DNA of 64,000 bases from a virus (IMGVR_UViG_3300031993_004551:1-64000), one strand, 5' to 3'. Counted from the first letter of the stretch, positions 44,984 to 54,523 are shown. Made by a program: numbers and translations. Notes: generated from the letters alone by a model not told the origin.

Positions 44984-45241
44984 TCGTGATAGGAGGACGG
45001 GCAAGAACTCTTATCTTAATAAAGTTTATAATAATATACTAAAACTTTTCCTACTTAGCAACCGTTTCCATCATCCTACGGCAAAAAAAAAACGTGACAT
45101 TTCGGTTCAGCGTAAGCCATTATAGCCGCGGATTGCGGTACTTGAACGGGTTCCGCAACGGATTCTACCTGGATATTTTCCTGTGGCGGAGACGGTATCT
45201 TATGTCTAGGAGTTTTAGTGGTCATACTTAAACCTTCCTTA

Positions 45242-46432
45242 TTAAATGTGGCCGTCAGAGGTTCCGAAACAGCGAATCGGAGAATACTCGATTAAATATG
45301 CCCAATCGTCGCCGACCGTCGTAATTTCGCCGACAAATACCGATTCCGTAATGCCGTCAAGCTGGAGTATCTTACGGTTATACATATTGTCCTTGAACGA
45401 GAAACATTCGGTCTTAAGATTATTGACCAATTCGTCGCAATGGGCCAATACTGCTCGTGCGAGCAGTTGCCTTAAGGTCTTCTCATTCATATTCAGCCAA
45501 GGTTCACGAGTCAATTCGCTGTTAAAATTGTTGGCATAGAATCTTTGCACATCGAGAATACCTGAAATATCCACCGAAGCAACGGCCAAGGTCGCCGCCT
45601 TATAGAACTTCGCCACATCGACTTCTTTGGCTGAAGCTTTAGGGTATATTGTCTCGAGGCCGCCCGTCTTTGGCGGTTCAGCCGTTTCGACCGGTTCTTC
45701 GGAAATGGTAGCTTCCGGCGCATCAGCGTCTACCGTGGTCACCTTGATAGCATTTGCCGCCTTCTTTACGGGAGGATGCACGACAGGTTCCGTATCATGA
45801 GAATCGTGCGGGTAATCACGGTCGACTACGGATATCGGCTGGCCGAAAGATTCGGACGCCAAAGTATTATATAGTTCAATTGTACCGATTCTAGCCAACA
45901 AGTCATTCATCATGATTGACGGTGAGCCAATCGTGGCGGCAGGAATATTATGCCATTCGGCAACATCAGGGTATACGGAATTATCATACAACAGTCCATC
46001 GGTATACCCAAGTTGAGTGTTATGTCCAAAACAAGCGCACAGCCAAATGCTATAATCGTTGTATTCAAGTATAAAGCCGGAATCAATCTTTTTATCAGTG
46101 GATAAAAAGTCTGCATAATCGCGCAAGCACAACGAACAATTAAAAGTCCATTCTGGGTAGTTGCTATCGTAAAAACGCGATTTCCCAACACGGTCAATAT
46201 AGGGAACACCCGAATTATTTTCAAGTGTAACATTAAGTTCTTTCTTTAAAAGCTCATTAATGGCGTCACAACGAGATGCAACTGAATCTAACGGTTGCTT
46301 ACCGTCCTTTCCCATTCGATATAAATATGATAACGCCTTGCCTAATGCAGAATCGGCTAATGATTCAATAAAGCGTTCTTGATTAGTAACACTCTTATGT
46401 ATATAGAAACTGATATTATAAGTAATTTTCAT
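45242..46432 (-). CDS. hypothetical protein (396 aa)
   Basis: Long ORF. Promoter motif 4 nt upstream of the ATG. Confidence 0.5.
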   Translation of the reverse strand: MKITYNISFYIHKSVTNQERFIESLADSALGKALSYLYRMGKDGKQPLDSVASRCDAINELLKKELNVTLENNSGVPYIDRVGKSRFYDSNYPEWTFNCSLCLRDYADFLSTDKKIDSGFILEYNDYSIWLCACFGHNTQLGYTDGLLYDNSVYPDVAEWHNIPAATIGSPSIMMNDLLARIGTIELYNTLASESFGQPISVVDRDYPHDSHDTEPVVHPPVKKAANAIKVTTVDADAPEATISEEPVETAEPPKTGGLETIYPKASAKEVDVAKFYKAATLAVASVDISGILDVQRFYANNFNSELTREPWLNMNEKTLRQLLARAVLAHCDELVNNLKTECFSFKDNMYNRKILQLDGITESVFVGEITTVGDDWAYLIEYSPIRCFGTSDGHI

Positions 46433-46436
46433 ATTT

Positions 46437-46451
46437 CAAATATAGCAAAAA
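46437..46451 (-). promoter_or_regulatory. promoter motif (minus-oriented) with ATG 4 nt downstream
   Basis: CAAATATAGCAAAAA. Confidence 0.5.
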
Positions 46452-46808
46452 CTACAGCTCGAGCAGTCGGTCCAGTTTCCCGGTCTCGACCATCGTGTCG
46501 ATTTGGGCATACGCCCTTTCGATAACAGCCAGTCCACCATCGATATCCTCGTCGCCGAACAGCAGCACGATGTCGTCATCAAGGTCGATTGACATGCTGT
46601 GAATCTGGTCCCCGAAGCATATCGTCCGCTTGTTTGGCGCAAGCACATCTATGTAGCAACGGTCGACACCAGGGTTGAATACCATCGGGTACCCGTGGAT
46701 GTCGCAGTACTTGACGAGCTTCATTATGCGCTCGTCTTCCCCGGTCCACTCCAGCAGGTTCACCCGGGCTGTCTTAGACGGGTCAAACGGCCCATTCTTC
46801 GGATTCAT
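46452..46808 (-). CDS. hypothetical protein (118 aa)
   Basis: ORF. 4-nt overlap with the upstream gene. Confidence 0.45.
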   Translation of the reverse strand: MNPKNGPFDPSKTARVNLLEWTGEDERIMKLVKYCDIHGYPMVFNPGVDRCYIDVLAPNKRTICFGDQIHSMSIDLDDDIVLLFGDEDIDGGLAVIERAYAQIDTMVETGKLDRLLEL

Positions 46809-47683
46809 ACCCGGTCCCCCACAAGCTCGGCAAGAGTCTTGAACTCGCCCTTGTACAACCCCTGCGACCTGAACAGGTACACCAGCTCCCTGCGCTTAGA
46901 CTCGAGCAGCTGCAGGAATGCGTCATGCTGGTAAATATTGGTTGGCCGGGGATGCTCTATATGGCATACACCGTCCCGTTCCATGACGGGCGTCGTCCGG
47001 ATAGGAATGCCACCGTAGAAGCACTCCATCCCGACGAAGCCGTCCTCCCCTCCCCATCTCCCGGCAAATGCCGGGCTGAAAACGGAACGGTGGCCATACA
47101 GTTTTCCGTTAAGGTCACTAAGGGCCTTGACGGCCTCCCCCGTAATACCGAAGTTGCAAGTCCATACCACCCCAGAATCGGCTATGTACCGTTCCGAAGT
47201 CACTGTACCCGGCTTGTCCGTAAAAATAGGAATCGGACGGGAAGCTATCGCCTCCCTCTGGTCGTGCGAACCCCACTTGCATTCCGTGCGGCGCCCCACG
47301 GTGACACACCCGGGCTCCATTGCGGCTACATGGGATTCAACCATCTGCGGCAACGGAATACAGTCGCCGTCGGTAAATATCACCAGGTCGCAGTCGTACA
47401 GCATAGCCAGCGCCAAGTCACGGCACCTCCCTGCGCCAAACGGAGGAACACCCGGCATCATCGGCGGCCGCCCCATCGGGTTCACACGGGTACTTACCGC
47501 AAGGAACTCGCATCCCGGAATTGCCGAGTACGCCCTGTTCACGGCGACCCGTTCGACGATTGACGGCCTGTCCATCACCACGAGCACACGGTCGGGCTTC
47601 ACCGTCTGGGAAAGAACGCCTTCCACGATGGCGGGGGCGTACTTTTCCTGTTCCTTGCACAATATAGTCAGAGCTATCTTCAT
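46805..47683 (-). CDS. putative family-2-like glycosyltransferase
   Basis: VLVVMDRPS...DCDLVIFTDGDCIP is a DxD region. Start at ATG 47683 (MKIALTIL). Degenerate promoter motif (TTTTGCTATAG) about 90 nt upstream. Confidence 0.45.
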   Translation of the reverse strand: MKIALTILCKEQEKYAPAIVEGVLSQTVKPDRVLVVMDRPSIVERVAVNRAYSAIPGCEFLAVSTRVNPMGRPPMMPGVPPFGAGRCRDLALAMLYDCDLVIFTDGDCIPLPQMVESHVAAMEPGCVTVGRRTECKWGSHDQREAIASRPIPIFTDKPGTVTSERYIADSGVVWTCNFGITGEAVKALSDLNGKLYGHRSVFSPAFAGRWGGEDGFVGMECFYGGIPIRTTPVMERDGVCHIEHPRPTNIYQHDAFLQLLESKRRELVYLFRSQGLYKGEFKTLAELVGDRV

Positions 47684-47759
47684 AAAATATTCGGCCAAGA
47701 AGATGCCACCTGCCGCGATTAGCGGTCCGGGACCCTTTAGGGTGGCATAGGAATAGCCG

Positions 47760-49165
47760 CCTCCAACAAAACTATAGCAAAATATATTGGAATTGGATAA
47801 AATATTTTGTAAATTATATAAACATTTTAATGTATCGGAATTATTGGCCTTCTTCTGGTACAAGATAGGAATTTTAGATGCTCGGTAGATACTGAAGGCC
47901 AAAATAAGTGTCTACCGGGCATTGCTTGTTTTATGGTGATTAGTTATAACGCAGTTCTCATCTTTCCTAATACGGAAACCGAATCGAGATACAAGGAAGT
48001 TCTCGATGCTGAGAAGGATTGCTATAACTATCTTAGCCAGATATTCGACCGAATAAACTTTAAGCACCATAGATTAAGTCGATACGATGTACAATCGGAA
48101 TATTACAAGGAACTTAGGGAGAAATTTCCATTATTAAGCAGCCAGATGGTCCTGAAGACTATATTGGAAGCTGTAGGCAACTGGACTACTTGCATAGCAA
48201 ACGAAAAGGACAATTTCGAACCGCCTATCAAAAAGAACCTTTCCATGGTTCTCGACAAGCGACTGTACAGCAATTTAACGCGTAATACCGTCGATTTGAC
48301 TATACCCGGTTTCAAACGGGTCCACTGTACCATTGAAACATACGAACAGCTAGACAAGTTGTTTGAGGTATACCGCCCGCAGAACTGCAATATATTCTAT
48401 CGAAACGGTCGGTTCTTCCTAACGATACAGTTCGATGTACCGGAAATTGAGCACACCGAAGGCGAAGCTATCGGTATCGACCGAGGAATTCGCCGTATAG
48501 TGACCTGTTCCGATGGAACCGGGTGGATTAACCGTGATTTCAACCGAGAACGAAGGAAGCTCCGCTATCTTCGCCGTTGCTTAAAGTCAAAGAATAGCAA
48601 GTCCGCTAAGCGTCATTTGAGGAAATTGTCAAAGACTGAACGAAATCGTTCGAAGAACGAAGTCCATCGAGTAGTGAACTGGCTTCTTACCAAGGACTAT
48701 ACTACCTATGTACTAGAAGATTTAAGCAAAATTAAGAAGTCTACTTCCAAGAAAACCATCAAGATATATGGGAAGAACACGGAAGTCAAACGAAAGAAGC
48801 ATAATAACCGGTTTGGGCAGATTCCTCTGAAAGAAATCCAGACCACGCTAGAGTACAAGGCACCGCTTCTCGGGAAGGAAGTGGTAACAGTTGAACCAGC
48901 TTATACATCCCGCCTCGACTACCGAGGATTGCCCGAAGGCAAACGGCTGGGTACTCGTTATTATGCCTCGAACGGAGAATTGCTTGATGCCGATGGTAAT
49001 GGCGCTTGCAATATCGCCCTCCGTCACCGCCCCGACTCAATCGTAGTCAAGCCGACATACGGCTCTATGATATTCTCGGGCAGGCCGATGTCAACCGGCC
49101 AATCGTGGTTACAACTATTTCAAACGGTTGCAACTACAAGCTCACCGCCTAAAGGCGGTGCGTAG
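47760..49165 (+). mobile_element. IS200/IS605-family tnpB-only element
   Basis: AT-rich noncoding LE-like region at 47760-47932. The tnpB 3' end carries the hairpin CACCGCCTAAAGGCGGTG. Confidence 0.4.
47933..49165 (+). CDS. tnpB: TnpB-like protein lacking the canonical Zn finger
   Basis: RuvC-I AIGIDRGIRR. RuvC-III-like GNGACNIAL. No CxxC...CxxC between them (YTSRLDYRGLPEGKRLGTRYYASNGELLD). Confidence 0.72.
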   Translation: MVISYNAVLIFPNTETESRYKEVLDAEKDCYNYLSQIFDRINFKHHRLSRYDVQSEYYKELREKFPLLSSQMVLKTILEAVGNWTTCIANEKDNFEPPIKKNLSMVLDKRLYSNLTRNTVDLTIPGFKRVHCTIETYEQLDKLFEVYRPQNCNIFYRNGRFFLTIQFDVPEIEHTEGEAIGIDRGIRRIVTCSDGTGWINRDFNRERRKLRYLRRCLKSKNSKSAKRHLRKLSKTERNRSKNEVHRVVNWLLTKDYTTYVLEDLSKIKKSTSKKTIKIYGKNTEVKRKKHNNRFGQIPLKEIQTTLEYKAPLLGKEVVTVEPAYTSRLDYRGLPEGKRLGTRYYASNGELLDADGNGACNIALRHRPDSIVVKPTYGSMIFSGRPMSTGQSWLQLFQTVATTSSPPKGGA

Positions 49166-49964
49166 TTGACTTTTTCCTCTCCTCGCAATGCTTGCGGTAG
49201 ACTTCGGGCGCATTCATCCCGACATCCTTCCAAAGCCCGTTATCAAGCACATGCTGAACCGTGCCAACAAGCTTATTAACCGGGCACTCGACAATAGCCT
49301 TCCCGAACTCGTTATGCGGGCTGCGCTCCGAAATGACACAAGCGCCATTGATTACCGGATAGAACATACGGACCTGTTCCTGCCGGCAGCCATCAACGAA
49401 AGAATGAACATTAAGAATTACCTTAGAACGGGCAATCATATCCTTCAGCTTGTCACCGGAAATCCCGGTAGCCCAGACGGTAGAATAAGAATTCCAGGTA
49501 TTCGCCATAAGAGCACCGAGAATACTCATCCGGCGCGGAGTAGGGAATCCATAGAAAAGGATGTCGATGTCCTTATCCTTCGGCTCGATATCCTTGAGCG
49601 CATCACAGAATACCATCGGGCGATAAACCGGCTTGAACCGGTGCCGTGCCATCCACTCCATATTCGACAGGTCGTATTCCCATATCTCGTCGGCGTTCGC
49701 CAGCCAGTTAGCCGAATGCGCCTGCTGCGGTGTACGCGGCGCATTCCCCCAAGCCCACTTGGAACTGTCAAACATCTGCTCCAACTGGTAGACAATAATC
49801 TTCTTCCCCGGATACTTCTTCCGGAGATGCATGGGAAGATACTTAGCGACATTGTAGCCAAGCACCACGACAGAATCGTCATAAGCCCTGTCCCCATCGT
49901 AGAGCGCGTGAAGCATGCGCTCCACTTCGGAGAACACGACCTTATTTTCAGAAACAACTATCAT
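49149..49964 (-). CDS. putative glycosyltransferase (GT-B C-terminal-like)
   Basis: SKVILNVHSF...EQVRMFYPVINGACVISE resembles the GT1/GT4 C-terminal nucleotide-sugar-binding region. Weak. Confidence 0.4.
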   Translation of the reverse strand: MIVVSENKVVFSEVERMLHALYDGDRAYDDSVVVLGYNVAKYLPMHLRKKYPGKKIIVYQLEQMFDSSKWAWGNAPRTPQQAHSANWLANADEIWEYDLSNMEWMARHRFKPVYRPMVFCDALKDIEPKDKDIDILFYGFPTPRRMSILGALMANTWNSYSTVWATGISGDKLKDMIARSKVILNVHSFVDGCRQEQVRMFYPVINGACVISERSPHNEFGKAIVECPVNKLVGTVQHVLDNGLWKDVGMNAPEVYRKHCEERKKSTTHRL

Positions 49965-51388
49965 CTGATTGCCGAGAAGTCAAAGAGACGGAGGTCGACT
50001 ACCTGCTTACCGTCAGTAATGAAACTGTAGCTAGAAGCCGGGAAGCCACCGTGTAGGTTATTGAGGGCGTATTCGTTCGGTCCAATCATACTCGGGTTGA
50101 AATACACCGGTGATACCGTGCCCGGTAGATACCAGAGACCGCCGATGTGCCAGTGTCCCATAATAGTAGCGTCGAAGTTCTGCCCCGTAGCGCCGAAGAT
50201 GGCCTGGTCCTTGAAGTTGTCGCGGATGACGGTGGAAAGCGGGGAAACAAATGCGGAGCCGCCCTTGAAACGGTCACCGTGTTCAATCTTCCAGCGCTGT
50301 TCGCCGACCGTCGTAAAGCGGACCGGAGAGTCGCCGAAGTTGACCTTGACATTATCGCTGCCCTTGAAGTGGTCCTGAATGAACGCATACAGGATGTACT
50401 CGTAGTTGGATATGCCCTTTTCCTTGAACTGGAACTTCATCGTGGTGCGGGCATGGTTACCGACAACGCAGTCAATGTAGATTTTCTTGTAAAGCTTAGC
50501 ATAAGAATCTATGAGCCCCGTAATGAACTGGTAGTACTCCACGATGCACTTGGTAATGCTCATCTCGTTAGATTCGCGGAGCTCGTCGTGGATGTTGCCG
50601 GAGAACATATCCCCGAGCATAAAGATGTGAAGCTCGTCGCAACCAAACTGGGAAGCGTACTCGTAGTTCTTCTGGAAGAAATCGATGTGGCGCCTGCGGG
50701 AAATGTCCGTATTGTACGCATTGGCGTTGTTGATTTCGCCCGGCTTGACCACTTCGCCCCAATGAATATCGGAAAGCGGGAGGATGTTATAGAACTTGCC
50801 CTTTACAATCCGCTTGGACGGAGTTACCTTGAGCTCGAACTTGTCGGGCTTTGCGGATTCGAGTTCGGCGCTAAGTTCCTTGACAAGCCGGCGGTGCTCA
50901 TACTCCATTATCTGGCTGTCGGTGTACTTCTTGCGAAGGTGGGTGATTTCCTTCTGCATCATCGCGACCATGCCGATATCCTGCGTTTCCACTGCGGATT
51001 CCACGAGTTCCGGGTCAATCCTTTCTTTCGGGGCCTTCTTGGACTTCTTCGGCTTTTCCTCGGCATCCTTGCGCGGACGCCCGCGCTTGGCCACCTGCGG
51101 AGGAGTAAGCATTTCCTCGCGGGACATCTGTGAAACTTTCTTGTCGACAAAGGAAGCGTACTTCGTGAGCTGCTTTTCCATTTCGCGCTCGGTCATATCC
51201 GATTCGACCCACCCAAGTTTCTTGAGCGTGTCGGTCCACCTGCACACCTGAGCAATATCCCCATTGAGATACTTCATTAGCTTGATGATGGCGGGGTTGG
51301 TCTTGACTGAATAGCTAGTTGTCGTGGTCGGTTTGCCAAGAAATGAAAGAATCTTCTCGGCCTCTGCGGTATCTTTCTTGCTGTTCAT
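49961..51388 (-). CDS. metallophosphoesterase with N-terminal Lys-rich domain
   Basis: C-terminal half has ELHIFMLGDMFSGNIHDE, VVGNHAR, GHWH. The N-terminal 200 aa is basic and coiled-coil-like. Confidence 0.6.
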   Translation of the reverse strand: MNSKKDTAEAEKILSFLGKPTTTTSYSVKTNPAIIKLMKYLNGDIAQVCRWTDTLKKLGWVESDMTEREMEKQLTKYASFVDKKVSQMSREEMLTPPQVAKRGRPRKDAEEKPKKSKKAPKERIDPELVESAVETQDIGMVAMMQKEITHLRKKYTDSQIMEYEHRRLVKELSAELESAKPDKFELKVTPSKRIVKGKFYNILPLSDIHWGEVVKPGEINNANAYNTDISRRRHIDFFQKNYEYASQFGCDELHIFMLGDMFSGNIHDELRESNEMSITKCIVEYYQFITGLIDSYAKLYKKIYIDCVVGNHARTTMKFQFKEKGISNYEYILYAFIQDHFKGSDNVKVNFGDSPVRFTTVGEQRWKIEHGDRFKGGSAFVSPLSTVIRDNFKDQAIFGATGQNFDATIMGHWHIGGLWYLPGTVSPVYFNPSMIGPNEYALNNLHGGFPASSYSFITDGKQVVDLRLFDFSAIR

Positions 51389-51551
51389 CGGTTAATTTTC
51401 TCCTACCTGTCGTACAAAACAACCGGTCTGTATCAACAAGCTACAAATATATCCACACGGTGTCAACAGCGAACAAATAAGATGTCAACAAAAAAACGGA
51501 AAGGTGCCCGGTCATCCCGGGCACCTTGAACACTATGAGCATTAAGAATAT

Positions 51552-52241
51552 CTATTTCTTGGACACTGGAGAGCAGAGCATCGTGTATGTGTTGCCCATC
51601 CCTACCGGGTCACCCACGGTAGCTCCCTTGACAATCTCGACAGCTTCATCATGGAGGAACGCCATGACATCTCCCGCGTGAGCCATCTCGCGGCCGCGGA
51701 ATCGGACACTGAGGCGAACCGGATGTCCTTCAGATACAAACTTGGCGGCCTGTCCAAAAAGCCTGAGACGGTCGGACTTGGATGAATCCGACTTGTCCGC
51801 CGGAAGCTTCAGTTCCTTGAGCTTGCTGGAGTTCGCGGCCTGACGCTGCTTCTTTTCCTTTTCTGCAGCAGCCTTCTTCTTTTCATACTCGTACTTCTTG
51901 AGGTCACCGAGCATACAGACATTCGGTGTGGAATTAGCGTTAAGTACAATAATGTCGAGTTCGGCTTCCTTCGCCTTAGCCCTGACTTCGGCGGCGGACA
52001 TAATGCCAATCATTTCGCGATTCGCATTGACCAGCCTGACCTGTTCACTGAGGATTCCATCTTTCTTGGGCGAGCCGAGCGAATATACAGGCGGGAAAGA
52101 CTTGTCGTTGACAGGTGTAAGGCGGATATTCTTCTTGTTGGCAATATCCTTAGCCTTGCCGGCGGGCATCACGCCCATTGAGCGTCCATTTTCGTCCAAG
52201 AGGGTCACCGACGGTGACGGAATGAAGAAATCGTTAAGCAT
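51552..52241 (-). CDS. infC: translation initiation factor IF-3 homologue with duplicated N-domain
   Basis: VRLVNANREMIGIMSAAEVRAKAKEAELDIIVLNANSTPNVCMLGDLKKYEYEKKK resembles the IF3 N-domain. RLSVRFRGREMAH matches the IF3 C-domain signature exactly. An extra N-domain-like copy (LLDENGRSMGVMPAGKAKDIANKKNIRLTPVNDKSFPPVYSLG) precedes it. Confidence 0.85.
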   Translation of the reverse strand: MLNDFFIPSPSVTLLDENGRSMGVMPAGKAKDIANKKNIRLTPVNDKSFPPVYSLGSPKKDGILSEQVRLVNANREMIGIMSAAEVRAKAKEAELDIIVLNANSTPNVCMLGDLKKYEYEKKKAAAEKEKKQRQAANSSKLKELKLPADKSDSSKSDRLRLFGQAAKFVSEGHPVRLSVRFRGREMAHAGDVMAFLHDEAVEIVKGATVGDPVGMGNTYTMLCSPVSKK

Positions 52242-52267
52242 TAGTTTCCTTTATATTTTTAATAATC

Positions 52268-52307
52268 CAAATATAGCAAAAAAGAAAAGTCCCGGTGGAA
52301 CCGGGAC
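52268..52307 (-). promoter_or_regulatory. promoter motif (52268-52283) plus terminator hairpin (52289-52307). 27 nt to the infC ATG
   Basis: GTCCCGG-TGGAA-CCGGGAC hairpin followed (minus strand) by a T-rich run merging into TTTTTTGCTATATTTGG. Confidence 0.5.
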
Positions 52308-52325
52308 CCGAATGAGCCGTTTCGA

Positions 52326-53669
52326 CTAGATTTTGTAATCCGGGGACTTCGCCTTGAAGGAGACCGAGAAGTCGTCCCTGCGGCGGAGCACAAGCCCTTC
52401 GCGGAGGTGGCTCAGGTTGTTCCCGTACACAGTCTTCGCCGTGGAAATCACGAGGAGATACTGGACATCTGCCGGGAGGCGGAAGTGGTCGTCGATGACC
52501 GGGACATACTGGAAGCCGTGCTTTTCGCAGAATGCAACGGTATCCTCGTAGTTATAGCGCTTTACAAACTTGCGGGTATCCGGGTCAATCGGGAACACAT
52601 CGTAGATACGGATGTCGTGTCCGCCGAGCTGGTAGATATTCTTCTGGATACCTTCACCGACATGCTCACCACGGATGAACCATTCGCCCGGAACTGCAAG
52701 GAGCTTCTTATCAAACCCGTAATCGACAACCGTCTTCCAGAACTGCATCTTCTTGCACTTACTGAACGGAAGGTTACGGGTGCGGCTCATGACATAGAGC
52801 TTCTTGGTCTTTTCGCCGGTAAAGCGTTCCTTCAACCTTGCAAAGAGGGAAGTGGAGTACCGGGTAGCGATGGAAATCGACTGGCCTTCTAGCTTTTCGG
52901 TAGCCACGAAATCCTCGTCCTTGTTCTTGTCATAGATGCTAGAGTAGATTTTCTGCGCGTTGGTCTCGTCGGACTTCAGAGGAGCCCAGTCTGGCCACCC
53001 AACAGGGTCATTGTTTACACACTGGCGCAGCCAACGGTACCACCTGAAACGCATGAGCTTCTTATGGATAATCCGGAACAGGAAGAACTTCGGCTCGTCA
53101 CCGCCAAGCCCTGCTTCCTCCTCGTCCTCCACCGGCTCGGTAATGCCGAGGAAATCGGTGAAGTCCGCGCCTTCCTTAATCTTGTTTTCCGGGATACCGA
53201 CTACCTTTGGGTCGAACAGGATACCCTCGGAAATCACGCCGAACTTCTTCATGAAGTTAAGGGACTTGATTTCAAAGTGGCGCTCGCGGAGGAACTCGAA
53301 GTACGGGTACTTGGACTTCTGCTGGGTAAGCTCCATAGCTTCCTTGAGCTTTTCGAGGGGGATATAATCAGCCGGTTCTTCCGGGACCGGCTCACCCTTG
53401 TCCAGCGCCTTCTGTACGGCGTTATTGTACTTCTTGGCAATGGAAGCCTTCTTGGCAAGAACATTGTAAGCATCCCGGTCGGCAATTTCGAGGCCGTCGG
53501 GCAAGATGGAACCGATTTCGACATAGAGTGCAAGGTCGCCTTCCTTGAACTCGCCCTTCTTGGCGATGAGGTTCCAGTCAAGAACGGTCACCCGTTCGAT
53601 ACGGTCGGCACCCTCGATAGGATGCACGGATTTTACTCTTTCGATATGAGCAAGCGATTTTCCAAACAT
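52326..53669 (-). CDS. RNA/DNA ligase-family nucleotidyltransferase with N-terminal OB (tRNA-binding-like) domain, DraRnl-like
   Basis: N-terminus VHPIEGADRIERVTVLDWNLIAKKGEFKEGDLALYVEIGSILPDG matches the Myf/EMAP-type OB fold. C-terminal motifs TEKLEGQS (I), WFIRGEHVGEG (III), DIRIYDVF (IV), REGLVLRRRD (V), KAKSPDY (VI). Confidence 0.65.
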   Translation of the reverse strand: MFGKSLAHIERVKSVHPIEGADRIERVTVLDWNLIAKKGEFKEGDLALYVEIGSILPDGLEIADRDAYNVLAKKASIAKKYNNAVQKALDKGEPVPEEPADYIPLEKLKEAMELTQQKSKYPYFEFLRERHFEIKSLNFMKKFGVISEGILFDPKVVGIPENKIKEGADFTDFLGITEPVEDEEEAGLGGDEPKFFLFRIIHKKLMRFRWYRWLRQCVNNDPVGWPDWAPLKSDETNAQKIYSSIYDKNKDEDFVATEKLEGQSISIATRYSTSLFARLKERFTGEKTKKLYVMSRTRNLPFSKCKKMQFWKTVVDYGFDKKLLAVPGEWFIRGEHVGEGIQKNIYQLGGHDIRIYDVFPIDPDTRKFVKRYNYEDTVAFCEKHGFQYVPVIDDHFRLPADVQYLLVISTAKTVYGNNLSHLREGLVLRRRDDFSVSFKAKSPDYKI

Positions 53670-53704
53670 AATTTACTCCTTACGGAGTAAACTATGTCAT
53701 TCTT

Positions 53705-54091
53705 CTAGAATGGAATGTCTTTTCCTAGACAATCTTTCCCCGGGGGAGGGTCCTTATCGAACCCGGCCGGGCAATACCCGTCCTTATCATGTGGAATCGG
53801 GTGCGGTGCAGATATACCGTTGCAGCAGAAACTTTCGTTTCTTTTCGCCATAGCTGCACCATCAGCCGGAGTAGCCTGAGGAAGCGCATCCAGCTGAGGC
53901 TTAACTTCTTCATGAGAAAGCTGTTTTCTTTTCGGTTTCTTCGGCTCCTTGCCGTCGTCATAGAAAAATGCGTACGCGCCGCCACCTCGGTTGGTATAGT
54001 GCACTACCTGGAACTCGTTAATCTTGAGCCCAAGCTCGTTAGCCCGCTTAGGCACATCCGGCAAACTCTTAATAGTTTCATAGGTTATCAT
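53705..54091 (-). CDS. hypothetical protein (128 aa)
   Basis: ORF. Cys/Pro-rich C-terminus. Confidence 0.4.
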   Translation of the reverse strand: MITYETIKSLPDVPKRANELGLKINEFQVVHYTNRGGGAYAFFYDDGKEPKKPKRKQLSHEEVKPQLDALPQATPADGAAMAKRNESFCCNGISAPHPIPHDKDGYCPAGFDKDPPPGKDCLGKDIPF

Positions 54092-54094
54092 TTT

Positions 54095-54514
54095 TTACTT
54101 CCCCTTTCTATTCATAAATTCCTGTATGGTCTGGCACAGGCTCGGGTCGTCGTACCAGTAGATATCGGCATCCTTGGTAACATCGGCCGCCGGTACCATA
54201 TCGAGATTCTTGGTACTCTTATGCTCGATAAGGACGGAGCCTACCCGGAGCACATCCGGGAGCTGCTCGGCGGCGCAACGCCACGGATGATTCTCCGAAT
54301 CGGTCTTCCAGTCGGCCCGCCGTTTCACCGGCTTCGTAAACCAGTACTCCACCTGGCACCATATCTGAACCGTCATCTTAGCCGAGATTGGAAGCATCAG
54401 GAAGCCACTGTCGGCAGACCAGGTTAGCCACATATTGCCAAACCGCTTCTCGTCCTTGGTAGGCACACGAGCAATCCCGTCTTCCACCGTTTTAATCCAA
54501 GTAGCGCCATTCAT
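54095..54514 (-). CDS. hypothetical protein (139 aa)
   Basis: ORF. Confidence 0.45.
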   Translation of the reverse strand: MNGATWIKTVEDGIARVPTKDEKRFGNMWLTWSADSGFLMLPISAKMTVQIWCQVEYWFTKPVKRRADWKTDSENHPWRCAAEQLPDVLRVGSVLIEHKSTKNLDMVPAADVTKDADIYWYDDPSLCQTIQEFMNRKGK

Positions 54515-54523
54515 AGTAATCTC

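Larger units (their letters stand above)
43717..45241 (-). mobile_element. IS200/IS605-family tnpB-only element (RE/omega-RNA region 43717-43770, tnpB, LE region with ATTCTAA x4)
   Basis: Noncoding flanks around tnpB. About 340 bp of noncoding DNA after the tnpB 5' end. Confidence 0.45.

Noticed and set aside
45000-45241. tRNA or tmRNA gene in the ORF-free segments (also checked at 58142-58737 and 47760-47932).
   Set aside because: No cloverleaf with a T-loop GTTC plus acceptor-stem pairing could be drawn by eye. Only isolated hairpins were found. A tRNAscan-SE or Infernal run would be needed to be sure.
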